A DNA stretch of 64,000 nucleotides from an uncultured archaeon (GCA_000965745.1 CP009479.1:512001-576000), one strand, 5' to 3'. Shown: positions 49,496 through 59,578, counted from the first letter of the stretch. The notes: generated by a model not told the origin, from the sequence alone. Made by a program: numbers and translations.

Positions 49496-49735
49496 TCACC
49501 TCGTCCTTTTCGAAACTATTCTTATCTCTACTTTGTAGACATCATTTTCCTCAGTGATGTTGAGTAGCTCATTCTTGGTCCTCTCGCACCAAGCCTTAGT
49601 ATCCGCTTTCACTCCCGGATCGGTAGCAAGAAGTTCTATCACATCTCCATTGCTGGATTCCCTGTAAGCCCTTATCAGATCGGTAATAGGGCCGGGGCAG
49701 GAAGTACCCCGGCTGTCCACCTTCAGAGTAGTCAT
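49496..49735 (-). CDS. tusA: TusA-family sulfur carrier
   Basis: DSRGTSCPGP, ATDPG, WC. Confidence 0.9.
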   Translation of the reverse strand: MTTLKVDSRGTSCPGPITDLIRAYRESSNGDVIELLATDPGVKADTKAWCERTKNELLNITEENDVYKVEIRIVSKRTR

Positions 49736-49746
49736 TCTTAACACCC

Positions 49747-50178
49747 TTAGATGAAGATTACCTCTCTGTCTTCGCACATCTGCAGAAATGCTGCTGCCCC
49801 AACAACATCATCAACAATCGGGTCAAGATCATTCTTCGTGTCTATCTTGAATGCGCCGGCCATCATTGAGCAGACATAGACCTTTACATCCCCCATTTCC
49901 TTGGCTTCTTTGAGCATATCGTACCAGGATGGTGCTTTCATCTCCTCCATTCCCTTCATTAGATCCGGGACAAGGTCCTCAAATTCCTTCGGCATTCTGT
50001 TAACCTTCTTGTATCCGTCTTTTCTGAATCCCTGAATTGCCCACCCTGTCACAAATATAGATACAGGCATCTCGAGATTAACCGCCGACTGTGTCAATAC
50101 ACCCAGCGGAATGAACTTATCCGCTGTTCCTGAGAACATTACAAAGTTTAGGCCTTTTTTTGCCATAGAGTCCACCAT
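49747..50178 (-). CDS. DsrE/DsrF-like sulfur relay protein
   Basis: IFVTGWA, VYVCSM, VGAAAF; operonic with tusA and sqr. Confidence 0.88.
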   Translation of the reverse strand: MVDSMAKKGLNFVMFSGTADKFIPLGVLTQSAVNLEMPVSIFVTGWAIQGFRKDGYKKVNRMPKEFEDLVPDLMKGMEEMKAPSWYDMLKEAKEMGDVKVYVCSMMAGAFKIDTKNDLDPIVDDVVGAAAFLQMCEDREVIFI

Positions 50179-50268
50179 AAAACTAGTTCCAGAAATCTAT
50201 TAATCTGGGCACCTTATGGTTAACGTACCGTGCAGGGTTCCACCGCTAACATTCCTGCATGATGGCTT

Positions 50269-51420
50269 CTATGAAAAAAGTTCTTTCGACACTCCTTTCA
50301 GCCTATCCTCCCTAATTAATTTTACCGTGTCCTTGAGTTCCTTAGTCTGTCGGGGTTTACTTGCCCTTGCAGACATAGCCTTCATCTTCTTCTCTGTCAG
50401 TGCATCAACGTGATCAACGAATTCAACACCCCTGGAAAGCATTGTCCATATGATCTCCAGAAGCTTCCGGGCAACTGCAACAATAGCCCTCTTCATGCCA
50501 ACACGTCTGACAATGCTGAGATACTTCTTCTTCATCCTTCCGGAGTACTTGATGATGTGATGCGCTGCATTCACGAGGATGAAGCGTATCATGGAAGGTC
50601 CGTGCTTCGTTATATGACCACGGTAATCAGTTCCTCCCGACTGGTCCTGTTTCGGCACCAGGCCGGCATAGGATGCAAGCTTCTCCTTAGATTCGAAGCG
50701 TGATACATCATCGATCTCTGAGACGATTGCAGCAGCTGAATAGACATTTATCCCGGGGATTGTCATGAGCAGCTTCACGTCGTTCCTTTCATGGCACATT
50801 CTTGCGATCTCGTCCTCCATTGTTGATTCCCGATCCTTCAGCTCCCTTATCCTTTCAATCATGTCTGAAACGATTATCCTGTCTGATGCACTCATCTTTT
50901 CAGAGGATCTCTCAATCTCACTGAGGCCACGCTTCCCGAAGATATCCGTGGCATCTATGGAGATGCCGTATCTTCCCAGTACAGCATGAACGCGGTTCTT
51001 TATCTCCGTGACCGCATCGCCCAGGGATTTCCTGTACCTGACTATGGAGCGTAGGTCATCTGCCTCCTTTGATGGCAGGTGCACTTCCGGCAATTCTCCC
51101 AGTCTCAGGAGCTTAGCTAGCTTGTATGAATCTTCCTTATCGTTCTTCTTCGAGGTGTTGAAGATCAGTGAAAGCTTCACAGGATCTGCCATGTGCACGG
51201 AGAATCCCATGTCCCTCAGCATCCTGGTGCAGTACTTTCCTGCGGTGGACACTTCCAACGCAATCTCAGGTTCCAGGTAAAGATACCGTTCCATGAACAT
51301 ATTCCAGGAATCGGTGTCATTGCCCATCCTGAACTGCTGTTCAATTGTGCCGCCATTTCCCATTTCCGTAACATACACGCTATTTTTATGTACGTCGCAT
51401 CCAATATAGATTACAACCAC
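50269..51420 (-). CDS. IS110 DEDD recombinase
   Basis: GCDVHK, ALE, KKNDKED, LMTIPGI, YAGLVP..DQSGG (Ser), AVARKL. Confidence 0.95.
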   Translation of the reverse strand: MVVIYIGCDVHKNSVYVTEMGNGGTIEQQFRMGNDTDSWNMFMERYLYLEPEIALEVSTAGKYCTRMLRDMGFSVHMADPVKLSLIFNTSKKNDKEDSYKLAKLLRLGELPEVHLPSKEADDLRSIVRYRKSLGDAVTEIKNRVHAVLGRYGISIDATDIFGKRGLSEIERSSEKMSASDRIIVSDMIERIRELKDRESTMEDEIARMCHERNDVKLLMTIPGINVYSAAAIVSEIDDVSRFESKEKLASYAGLVPKQDQSGGTDYRGHITKHGPSMIRFILVNAAHHIIKYSGRMKKKYLSIVRRVGMKRAIVAVARKLLEIIWTMLSRGVEFVDHVDALTEKKMKAMSARASKPRQTKELKDTVKLIREDRLKGVSKELFS

Positions 51421-51625
51421 CTCCTATGTGGTATGTGAGAGTTTAAAGTCGGAGAATGCTCGACAGTCTTCTATTCACCCTTGTTTCAGGGTAGTATGTC
51501 GAGACGAAGGGCAGCAAATCTCGGGTACGATCTCACAGATCAAGCCATCATACTGCTGCCACTCCGACTCTCACGCTATCATCGTCATGATAGCGTGGAC
51601 AAAAGAGCTTTTTTCATTGACATCT
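50271..51625 (-). mobile_element. IS110-family insertion sequence (~1355 bp)
   Basis: TCT core at both junctions (50268-70, 51623-25); subterminal inverted repeats atgaaaaaag (50271-80) / cttttttcat (51608-17) extending imperfectly to ~22 bp; structured upstream non-coding region. Confidence 0.9.
51445..51597 (-). ncRNA. IS110 bridge RNA candidate
   Basis: 5' 11-bp hairpin, closing stem, two stem-internal loop-stem arms; loop AUGAUGGCUU (51551-51542) equals insertion flank 50259-50268. Confidence 0.82.
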
Positions 51626-51905
51626 CCAATAAGCGTGCATCGAGAGAATATGCCTGAACTGGCGAAACGGTTTTACAGGTTTTTAAAATGATTTGATGAG
51701 GGTCAGCAAAAAAAACCCAATTGCAGAAATCCTCTTGTTTTCCATTATATATCACTTCCCACATACTCTTGGCTTTTTCGCTTGTTGTGAGAAGGGTTTT
51801 TTTTCCTTCAACGGGATAGTATAATGGCCTATGTAGGCTAGTCTTAATTCAGGTCCCTTTCAATCTCCCGAATTAAGTATTTATCTTTGAACCTACTAAC
51901 TGTTT

Positions 51906-53042
51906 GTGCGTGACGCGATAGTGGTTGGTGCCGGTCCATCAGGCTCCTACCTTTCATACCTTCTTTCGAAGCTGGGCTATGATGTCCTGAATCTCGAGGA
52001 GCACCAGGAGATCGGTAAACCGGTGGAGTGCACCGGGCTGGTCTCCGAGAGGGTTTTCAGCTATGTTAAGAGCAATTCAAGAATAAATTCCGTAACCGGT
52101 GCAAATGTTTTCTTCCCGAACGGAAGAAGTGTTCACGTCGAGAAGCCCGAAAGAACAATAGTCATAGAGAGAGACACGTTCGATCGTGATGTTTCTGCAA
52201 TGGCCATATCTGCAGGTGCTGACGTTAAGATTGATGCCAGGGTGCAATCTGTCAAGACCGGGAGCGATGGAGTTACAATAAAGTACAAGGAAGGCGGCCA
52301 GATAAAGGAAGAGAGGGCAAAAATCATAGCAGGTGCAGATGGCGTCAACAGCATGGTCAGAAAGGAGCTTTACGGGGTGAAGTCAAAGAGGATAGTGTCC
52401 ACCTACCAGGTAGATTCAGCGACCCCAATGGAAGACCAGGACAGCGTGGAAGTGTATCTCGGTTCGGAATCCACAAGAGGCTTCTTTGGTTGGGCAACTC
52501 CGGCAGGGGAACTGACAAGGATTGGAGTTGGGACATACGGAATCTCTCCATTCAAGTACTTCGGCAGAATCAGCAAAAGATTTCCGAAGGACAGAATTAT
52601 AGGCGTCACAGGAGGGGCTATACCAATCGCGTACCTCAAGAAGACATACGGGTACAGGAACCTCCTGGTAGGCGATGCTGGAGGCATTGTCAAGCCTTTG
52701 ACCGGTGGTGGGATATACACTGGTGTTGTTTCAGCAAAGCATGCAGCGAAAACGCTTAACAATGCGCTTGAAAAGGAAGATTTCTCAGAGAAGCTCATGT
52801 CCCAGTATCAGAAGGACTGGAAGAGAGAGCTTGGGAGGGAGCTCTGGATTGACGGCAAAATTCAGAAGTATTTCTCATCCCTGAGCGACAAGACCCTGAA
52901 TATGATATATGAGGCAGTATCCAGGAAGAGGATGGTAGAACTGATTAATCACATTGGAGACATAGATTACCCGTCAACTGTTGTCCTGTCACTGGCTGTG
53001 AGAAACCCGAGACTGCTTATGAGACTGATAACAAGAACCTGA
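51906..53042 (+). CDS. Geranylgeranyl reductase family flavoprotein
   Basis: GAGPSG, GKPVECTG, GADG, VGDAGG.VKPLTGGGI; PxxYxWxFP is divergent (GFFGWATP). Confidence 0.88.
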   Translation: MRDAIVVGAGPSGSYLSYLLSKLGYDVLNLEEHQEIGKPVECTGLVSERVFSYVKSNSRINSVTGANVFFPNGRSVHVEKPERTIVIERDTFDRDVSAMAISAGADVKIDARVQSVKTGSDGVTIKYKEGGQIKEERAKIIAGADGVNSMVRKELYGVKSKRIVSTYQVDSATPMEDQDSVEVYLGSESTRGFFGWATPAGELTRIGVGTYGISPFKYFGRISKRFPKDRIIGVTGGAIPIAYLKKTYGYRNLLVGDAGGIVKPLTGGGIYTGVVSAKHAAKTLNNALEKEDFSEKLMSQYQKDWKRELGRELWIDGKIQKYFSSLSDKTLNMIYEAVSRKRMVELINHIGDIDYPSTVVLSLAVRNPRLLMRLITRT

Positions 53043-53043
53043 G

Positions 53044-53949
53044 ATGGCATCTAGAAACCAGTTTTTCTACCTTGGCCTTCTTCTCCTGGTTACTTTCTTC
53101 TGGGGGCTCACATTCCCACTGATAAAGAACTCCCTGGAATACATCTCCCCAGTGCTTTTTCTCTCGCTCAGGTTCCTTCTCTCATCACTCCTGCTGCTGC
53201 CATTCCTGAGAAACAAGAATGCTTTCTCCAAAACAAACATAAAATATGGTTTCATTGCCGGTGCATTTCTTTTCATAGGATACTATTTCCAGACGGTTGG
53301 CCTTGAGTTTACGACAGCAGCCAAATCAGGGATTATAACGGGGACTTACGTAGTCCTGATTCCACTGATATCATATTTCTATCTGAGAAAGAAGATCAGG
53401 AGGATGGATTCCATTGCTTCTATTCTGGCGTTCGCCGGATTGATCATAATGTCCGCAGGAAACATATCCAATACACAGGTGCAGATAGGCGATATACTCA
53501 CTCTTATCTGTGCCATCGGATACGCGTTCCAGATAGCATACGTTTCAAAATACACAAAAGATCTTGACTCAACTGTATTCACTTTCTACCAAATCCTTGC
53601 TGTGGGCATTTTCTCCACAATCGCGATTCCAACATACCCCCTGGCGGGACAGGCAATAAACTACTACGTGATCTTCACGATATTCTTCACTGCAGCTTTT
53701 GCGGGTGTTTTCGGATACTACATTAACACCAAGGCGCTCATCTTTGTCGAGCCGACCACGGCAGGAATAATCTTCGTAGGCGAACCCATTTTTGCGGCCA
53801 TAACATCGGTTCTCATCAATGGAGAAATACTCGGAGTTCTCGGCCTGATTGGCGGCGGAACGATGGTAATGGCAATGTTCTTCACAACATTCGACAAATA
53901 CCTTGCAAGCAGGAGGAAAAGGGGTCTTACTCTTCAGAGGGGTCCTTGA
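53044..53949 (+). CDS. DMT/EamA family transporter
   Basis: FWG.TF, QTVGL.FTTA, GD.LTL, EPIFA; 10 TM. Confidence 0.92.
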   Translation: MASRNQFFYLGLLLLVTFFWGLTFPLIKNSLEYISPVLFLSLRFLLSSLLLLPFLRNKNAFSKTNIKYGFIAGAFLFIGYYFQTVGLEFTTAAKSGIITGTYVVLIPLISYFYLRKKIRRMDSIASILAFAGLIIMSAGNISNTQVQIGDILTLICAIGYAFQIAYVSKYTKDLDSTVFTFYQILAVGIFSTIAIPTYPLAGQAINYYVIFTIFFTAAFAGVFGYYINTKALIFVEPTTAGIIFVGEPIFAAITSVLINGEILGVLGLIGGGTMVMAMFFTTFDKYLASRRKRGLTLQRGP

Positions 53950-55864
53950 TGCTCTTTATGCTGTGATGAGTTTTGACAGCAACACCGCTCCTGTAATCAC
54001 CAATTTCACGCCCGGAAACGCTTGCTCTGCCTACAGCTACAACATTGTCTTTTGAGTCCACCACAATTGTCTCGTTTGAGGCCACAATGCCCCTGTCATA
54101 CTCTGTTATGAACTTGAAAAACACGTTGAATCCCTTCGAGTTATATTCAGCGCTGTCGTCCGTGACTGAAACCCGGAGCCCGGGGTACTCTACTGCATCC
54201 CGGATCCTTTCGGCGCCAGCTACAGTTAGAGTGAAAAAACCATCCTGTGCACGCATAGTGGCCAATATCTGGTCATTCAGCAGTATGTTCCTCAGCCTTC
54301 CTGTTGCACGGGACGTTATTATTCTGCAGCCGTCGGGGAAGAGTGCCTTTCCCACACTATGCCCGAACTGGAGGTCGGCAACAGCCCTTATCTTTTCAAG
54401 GTTGAAATTCCTGGATTTTTCGGTAATATCGGAGTGATCCTTCATCTCTTTCTTCTCAAATACCCATCCCTTGCCGATTATCTTCTCCACCTTCAGGAGT
54501 TCATTCCGATGAAGCCTCTCATCAGTGATATCTGATGAGATGATCTGTTCAATGGGGTAGGTATCCTCAAGCTCAATGGGGACGTATGTGTTGCACCAGG
54601 GCACTAGGAGATTCATGTCATATTTTTCATATATGTCCCTGATAATTCCGTAATCTCTTTTTCCGGGGTTTCTTGAACCGAATGGAAGAATGACTGTTTC
54701 TTTCCTGTTCTCTGTAAGGAACCTCTCGGTGAATTCCGAAAGCCTCTTCAGAGTGGGGTGGCTGTTCGAGTAGCTGTCATAGTAATGAAAGGAGGCTTTC
54801 CTGTAAAGAGGCTCAAATCCCACCAGGTCGCCATTCCTTTCGAGTATGCGCCTGAAGGCCCTGTACAGATAGGGATGGCTGCGTGCCCTAGACTCGGCGT
54901 ACTGCCATAGATTATTCTGGAATATTCTTTCCTTGATCTCGTTTATTTCCATGAATATGGCAGCGAGATTGTGGCGTGACAAAGCTGCTGTCCGTTCTTC
55001 ACTTTCTGCATCCAGCAGTTCTTTTACTGTGTACTTACCGTATATCGGGCTCCATCGAGGAAGTGTCCTCAGCTTCACAAGGTCCCTTGTGCCATCGGGA
55101 TAGAGCATTCTTCCGTCTCTGGCATACTTGACGTATGAAGCGGAATCGAAGAAGTCCACTCCAAGCAGGACCGAAATTGCCAGGAACATAGGGTGTCCTC
55201 CGCCGAACAGGTGTATTGGCTTTGAGAAATCCGAGTTCATCCTGGCCGTAAGAACTATGTCGACGAGCTTGTCATACTGGTAAGATTCCAGAAGGGGCAC
55301 CACCCCGCCCACCGGGAGATATCCTGCATCACTGGAGCTCATGAGCCTAGCCGCCTTTTCCCTCAGGTCCTGATATACGGACCCCTGCACAGGTCCGGCA
55401 ATGATTTCACCGTCACCTACTTCTATTTCCCTCATTCTGCTGTATGTCTCATCGACGGCATCCCTCGCCATCCCGTATGTATCATCAGGTTTCGAGAAAA
55501 TATCCAGTATGGTGATTATATCGCTTCCTATCTTCCGCTGGAAGTCCACAATCCCCCTGTTGTCGTATTCCATGTCACCATATACGTAACTCTGAAACGT
55601 GCCGGAGTCTGTCATTATGGGCCCGTCAAAAGATACCAGGCTGTGGACGCCGTCCTTCAGTGCTTTTTCCCTAAGTGCGTCTGTTCTCCTTATAATATAG
55701 CTGTTGGTTATTATCCCCTGCGCTCCGAGAGATTTCATCTCTTCTGGCGTGATCGTGATCTTGTTGGGGTTGATTACAGGAAGCACTGTTGGAGTTTCAA
55801 TCACCCCATGCTTGGTTTTGAACTTGCCTATTCTGGCCAATCCGTCTCTATGAACCAGTTCCAT
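53927..55864 (-). CDS. tgtA: Archaeosine tRNA-guanine(15) transglycosylase with PUA domain
   Basis: DGLARIG, MTDSGTFQ, PVQG, GGVVP, HLFGGGHP, DFFDSASY, C-terminal PUA. Confidence 0.95.
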   Translation of the reverse strand: MELVHRDGLARIGKFKTKHGVIETPTVLPVINPNKITITPEEMKSLGAQGIITNSYIIRRTDALREKALKDGVHSLVSFDGPIMTDSGTFQSYVYGDMEYDNRGIVDFQRKIGSDIITILDIFSKPDDTYGMARDAVDETYSRMREIEVGDGEIIAGPVQGSVYQDLREKAARLMSSSDAGYLPVGGVVPLLESYQYDKLVDIVLTARMNSDFSKPIHLFGGGHPMFLAISVLLGVDFFDSASYVKYARDGRMLYPDGTRDLVKLRTLPRWSPIYGKYTVKELLDAESEERTAALSRHNLAAIFMEINEIKERIFQNNLWQYAESRARSHPYLYRAFRRILERNGDLVGFEPLYRKASFHYYDSYSNSHPTLKRLSEFTERFLTENRKETVILPFGSRNPGKRDYGIIRDIYEKYDMNLLVPWCNTYVPIELEDTYPIEQIISSDITDERLHRNELLKVEKIIGKGWVFEKKEMKDHSDITEKSRNFNLEKIRAVADLQFGHSVGKALFPDGCRIITSRATGRLRNILLNDQILATMRAQDGFFTLTVAGAERIRDAVEYPGLRVSVTDDSAEYNSKGFNVFFKFITEYDRGIVASNETIVVDSKDNVVAVGRASVSGREIGDYRSGVAVKTHHSIKSIKDPSEE

Positions 55865-56056
55865 TTCAATCAATTCTCTTCGCGTCAAAGGTTTTCCTTC
55901 ACCTGCTGACCGAACTTGAATGCGGTGGGCAATAAATTACTTCGCAGTTCAGCGGCATATATTCTTCACACCCATCAAGCTGTTTCATCCAGCCGGAATT
56001 ACAGGTTCCGGATGCCAGTCAGGTTCTGTGTTGTAATCTAAGTGCAGTTCAGCCGT

Positions 56057-57829
56057 TCACTCAGAGTAATAATAATTGCCGGATTCCTTCTGGCTCCTGT
56101 CCAAGCTGCTGTCAGGCTTGTTTATCCTTGGCCTTTTCGTGGATTTGTCCCTCCTGAAGCTGATTCCGATGTTCTTCAGGAACCTGTTCATCCCTGTCTT
56201 CATGTCAGTGGGGCCGAATGATTCGCCACTTTTTCCCTGTTCGCCTGTAAAGACCATCAGGCTGTCCGAGATAAGGTCGATGAAGTATACGTCGTGGTCT
56301 ACTACGATGGCGCTTTTCCTGTTGTTTTCCATGGCTCTTCTTATCACCTTGGCGGCATTCATCCTGTAGGAACTGTCAAGGTGCGCCGATGGTTCATCCA
56401 GCAAGTAGATGTCCGCGTCCCTGGAGAGTGTCAATGCGATGGAAAGCCGCTGCAGTTCACCTCCGGATAGATCCTCAACTTCATTTTCCATCATGTCGGG
56501 TATGTCCAGCGGGTGCAGAATTTCATTGTTTACAAACGGGTCCGTCACCCTTTCCTTGAGAGAAGAATAAAGGAGTTCACTCACCGTGCCCTGAAAATCT
56601 GTTGATATATACTGGGGCTTGTAGGCTATTTTCGGGGAAATTTCAACTTCTCCCGAATCGGGTTTCATGACGCCCGCAAGTATCTTCATGAAGGATGTTT
56701 TCCCGAGAGCGTTTTTCCCCAGAACACCTATTATCTGGGTGGACTCTATTGAACCTCCATTAATCTTGAGGTGGAAGGAGTCCAGAGTCTTTTCCATGCT
56801 CCCCCAGTCTGATACTACTACGTTATGTGTAGTCCTCTTGTGGGACCTGTCCTGGAACTTGATTTCATATGGGCGGATCCTGACATTCTCCTCCCTCAGG
56901 TATCCTGAAAGGAACGAGTTGATCGCCCTGTTGCTAGTTCTTGTTTCAGTTATTACACCATATGCGCCGCTTTCGCCGTAGACCAGGTGCACTGAGTCCG
57001 CGAGCCAGTCAAGAATTGCCAGGTCATGCTCCACTATCATGACTGTCCTGGTTTTTGACAGGTCCTGGATGATGTTTGCCACCCTGATTCTTTCGTTTAT
57101 GTCCAGATATGAGGACATCTCATCAAAAAGATATATATCGGCATCCTTCAGGAGTGTCGTAGCGATTGCGAGCTTCTGAAGCTCTCCCCCTGAGCAGACT
57201 GATACATCCTTGTCTAGAGAGGATCCCATTGCCAGTTTGGAAACTACCTCGTCAAATTTGCCTGAAACATCGCTGTTCCTCAGAATCTCGGAAATAGTGC
57301 CTTTGACGACCATTGGAATCTTGTCAACATACTGGTTTTTCAGAACAGCTTTTTTCTTTCCGTCATAAAGATTCTTGAAATAAGTACCCATAACTGTTCC
57401 CGCGTATCTCTCCAGAACTTCTTCCTTGCCGCCGGGTTTCTCGTAGTTCCCAAAATTTGGAACAGTAATGCCTGCAAGAATGTTCATGGTAGTTGTTTTC
57501 CCCATTCCATTCTGGCCAAGAACGGCAGTAACCTTGCCCTCTGAAAGCTTGGGGAGGGAATATATCCTGAATGCATCAAGCCCAAACTGATGTACAAGAT
57601 CCTTGTTTAGCTCATCCGGAACCGTTATGATCTTGATTGCCCCGTATGGGCACCTCTTTATGCATATACCGCAGCCTATGCAGAGTGATTCTGTTATAAC
57701 AGGCTGTCCATCCGGGTCCGGAAAATCAATTGTCGGGGTTCCGCTTCTGACAGGTGGACAGTAATACTGGCACTCGTGATTGCATTTTTTCGGATGGCAT
57801 TTCTCCCTGTCTAGAATGGCTATATGCAA
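56057..57829 (-). CDS. rli1: Ribosome recycling ATPase ABCE1/Rli1
   Basis: N-terminal Fe-S Cys motifs, twin ABC domains (GQNGMGKT, GKNALGKT, SGGELQ x2), RPRINK. Confidence 0.97.
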   Translation of the reverse strand: MHIAILDREKCHPKKCNHECQYYCPPVRSGTPTIDFPDPDGQPVITESLCIGCGICIKRCPYGAIKIITVPDELNKDLVHQFGLDAFRIYSLPKLSEGKVTAVLGQNGMGKTTTMNILAGITVPNFGNYEKPGGKEEVLERYAGTVMGTYFKNLYDGKKKAVLKNQYVDKIPMVVKGTISEILRNSDVSGKFDEVVSKLAMGSSLDKDVSVCSGGELQKLAIATTLLKDADIYLFDEMSSYLDINERIRVANIIQDLSKTRTVMIVEHDLAILDWLADSVHLVYGESGAYGVITETRTSNRAINSFLSGYLREENVRIRPYEIKFQDRSHKRTTHNVVVSDWGSMEKTLDSFHLKINGGSIESTQIIGVLGKNALGKTSFMKILAGVMKPDSGEVEISPKIAYKPQYISTDFQGTVSELLYSSLKERVTDPFVNNEILHPLDIPDMMENEVEDLSGGELQRLSIALTLSRDADIYLLDEPSAHLDSSYRMNAAKVIRRAMENNRKSAIVVDHDVYFIDLISDSLMVFTGEQGKSGESFGPTDMKTGMNRFLKNIGISFRRDKSTKRPRINKPDSSLDRSQKESGNYYYSE

Positions 57830-57838
57830 AAACTACAC

Positions 57839-58276
57839 CTATGTTGGGTTCCAGTATTCGTCTGGTATTTCGTCATAAATCTGGGATTCCTTGTCTATAT
57901 CTTTCCTCGTTTCCACAATCCTCATCTTGGACAATTCAATAATCTTGCTGACGTTGAGAATCCAGTAATGTATTCTCCATTCCCTTCCATCATATAGTGT
58001 AGTTTCCTCCCTTTCTGTCTGGAGGACACCTATATCTTCCATGGTGTAGAAAGCGTCCCGGTCCTCGGGTTCAAGCATGTTATCAATAACTCTGTCATTG
58101 TAGCCGAAGAAGTTTATCAGATGCTCTGCTGCTTCCACAGATTCTTCCTGGCTCATCCTCCTTTGCTGGAGGCTCAAACCGGTTCCTATGGCTCTGGACA
58201 GTTCATCCAGATTAGTGAAATTCCTTGAGGCTTGTTCGGAATTCGAAGAGCCGTTGTTAGATTTCATAGTAATCAT
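57839..58276 (-). CDS. Conserved Thermoplasmata hypothetical protein (DUF6015-like)
   Basis: NFFGY..RVIDN.LEPEDRD.FY.MED.G, GREWRIHYW; family name recalled, not searched. Confidence 0.7.
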   Translation of the reverse strand: MITMKSNNGSSNSEQASRNFTNLDELSRAIGTGLSLQQRRMSQEESVEAAEHLINFFGYNDRVIDNMLEPEDRDAFYTMEDIGVLQTEREETTLYDGREWRIHYWILNVSKIIELSKMRIVETRKDIDKESQIYDEIPDEYWNPT

Positions 58277-58479
58277 CTCGAAGCCTTCGTGGTTAGGATA
58301 ACCCTAAATGCAAGGGCATTAATAAGTTTAGCTTTTTGTCTACTTTTTGGCTGGTATTCCGATTTATTGGCTTCATTTGGTTCATTTTTCCGTACATATA
58401 TACTGAATCCGAGAATAAAAACCTATTTTATATACTCATGCGAATTTAGATATCACTATAAACCTGCACAAAATCCTGC

Positions 58480-59553
58480 TTGGTGAATGATGCAGTGATA
58501 TTCCCTGCCAGAAAAGGATTGCGAATAGACGGTGGCCTGGAGCCGCGGCGGTTCCTTTTTGAGGCTTACTCCCGTGATGGGGAAGGGCCTGAGTCTTCGA
58601 GGCTGTTGAATGAAATTGTGATAGAAGGCGAAAAATGGTTTCATTTCATCACTGACCTTGACCTGAAGGGTATCAGGGATTTTCTATTCATGAAGAGTGG
58701 ATACAGCGAGAAGCACGCCGGTTATCTCTCATCAAGGCTCATTGACAGATTGGTTTCTGATGCAACCAAGCCAGGAATAATGGGAATAGTTAATGTCACC
58801 CCTGATTCATTCTATCCGGGCTCCAGAATGCAAGGGAAACCAATGAGCGGGATCGATGCAATTCTCGACCAGAAACCCGATGTTATCGATATTGGCGGTG
58901 AGAGCACTAGGCCCGGCAGCAAGAAGCTGGATGCTGAGGCGGAAATTGACAGGATCAGGCCTGTACTGGATTATGTCTCATCAAGCTCCGACATACCTGT
59001 ATCATTGGACACGAGGAATCCTGAAACAGCCGAGTTCGCGCTGAGTTACGGGATAAAATACCTCAATGATGTCACAGGGTTCGAGAACCCGGAAATGATC
59101 CGGATAGCATCAGAGAACAACCTCGATTCAATAGTCATGCACATGCGTGGAGAGCCTGAAAACATGCAGAAACTTACCGAATATGGCGACCTTCTGTTCG
59201 AGATCAGCCTTTTCCTGCAAAGAAGGACAAAGAGAATGATAGAAGGAGGAATTCACCCATCAAGAATTATCGTGGACCCAGGCATAGGTTTTGCAAAAAA
59301 CATGTCCGGAAATCTTGATATCATACGCAATGTTGAAAGCCTTAATAGAGGATTCAGGGTCCTCGTCGGAGCGTCCAGAAAAACATTCATTGGAAGGATA
59401 ACGGGTGAGCCTGTTGAGAAGAGGCTCTCAGGAACTCTTGCAACTTCAATTTACCTGATGAATGGCAAATGTGACATCATAAGAGTGCACGACGTGAGGG
59501 AGAACAGGGAGGCGATTGATGTGTACAGGGCTATTGAGAACGGTTTGCCGTGA
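58480..59553 (+). CDS. folP: Dihydropteroate synthase with ~95-aa N-terminal extension
   Basis: IMGIVNVTPDSF, DIGGESTRPG, SLDT, NDV, MHMRG, DPGIGF, SRK, RVHDV. Confidence 0.95.
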   Translation: MVNDAVIFPARKGLRIDGGLEPRRFLFEAYSRDGEGPESSRLLNEIVIEGEKWFHFITDLDLKGIRDFLFMKSGYSEKHAGYLSSRLIDRLVSDATKPGIMGIVNVTPDSFYPGSRMQGKPMSGIDAILDQKPDVIDIGGESTRPGSKKLDAEAEIDRIRPVLDYVSSSSDIPVSLDTRNPETAEFALSYGIKYLNDVTGFENPEMIRIASENNLDSIVMHMRGEPENMQKLTEYGDLLFEISLFLQRRTKRMIEGGIHPSRIIVDPGIGFAKNMSGNLDIIRNVESLNRGFRVLVGASRKTFIGRITGEPVEKRLSGTLATSIYLMNGKCDIIRVHDVRENREAIDVYRAIENGLP

Positions 59554-59578
59554 GGACCGCAAAATCACTGGAAATAAA

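Noticed and set aside
50221-51660. IS110 empty site as a C/D box sRNA (ATGATG...CTGA)
   Set aside because: Imperfect box C, no D'/C' boxes, spacing does not fit
53927-53949. Convergent overlap of the DMT and tgtA 3' ends
   Set aside because: Ordinary in compact archaeal genomes
55889-56056. Hairpins and repeated gcagttcagc between tgtA and ABCE1 as an ncRNA
   Set aside because: Only short unconnected stems; within chance expectation
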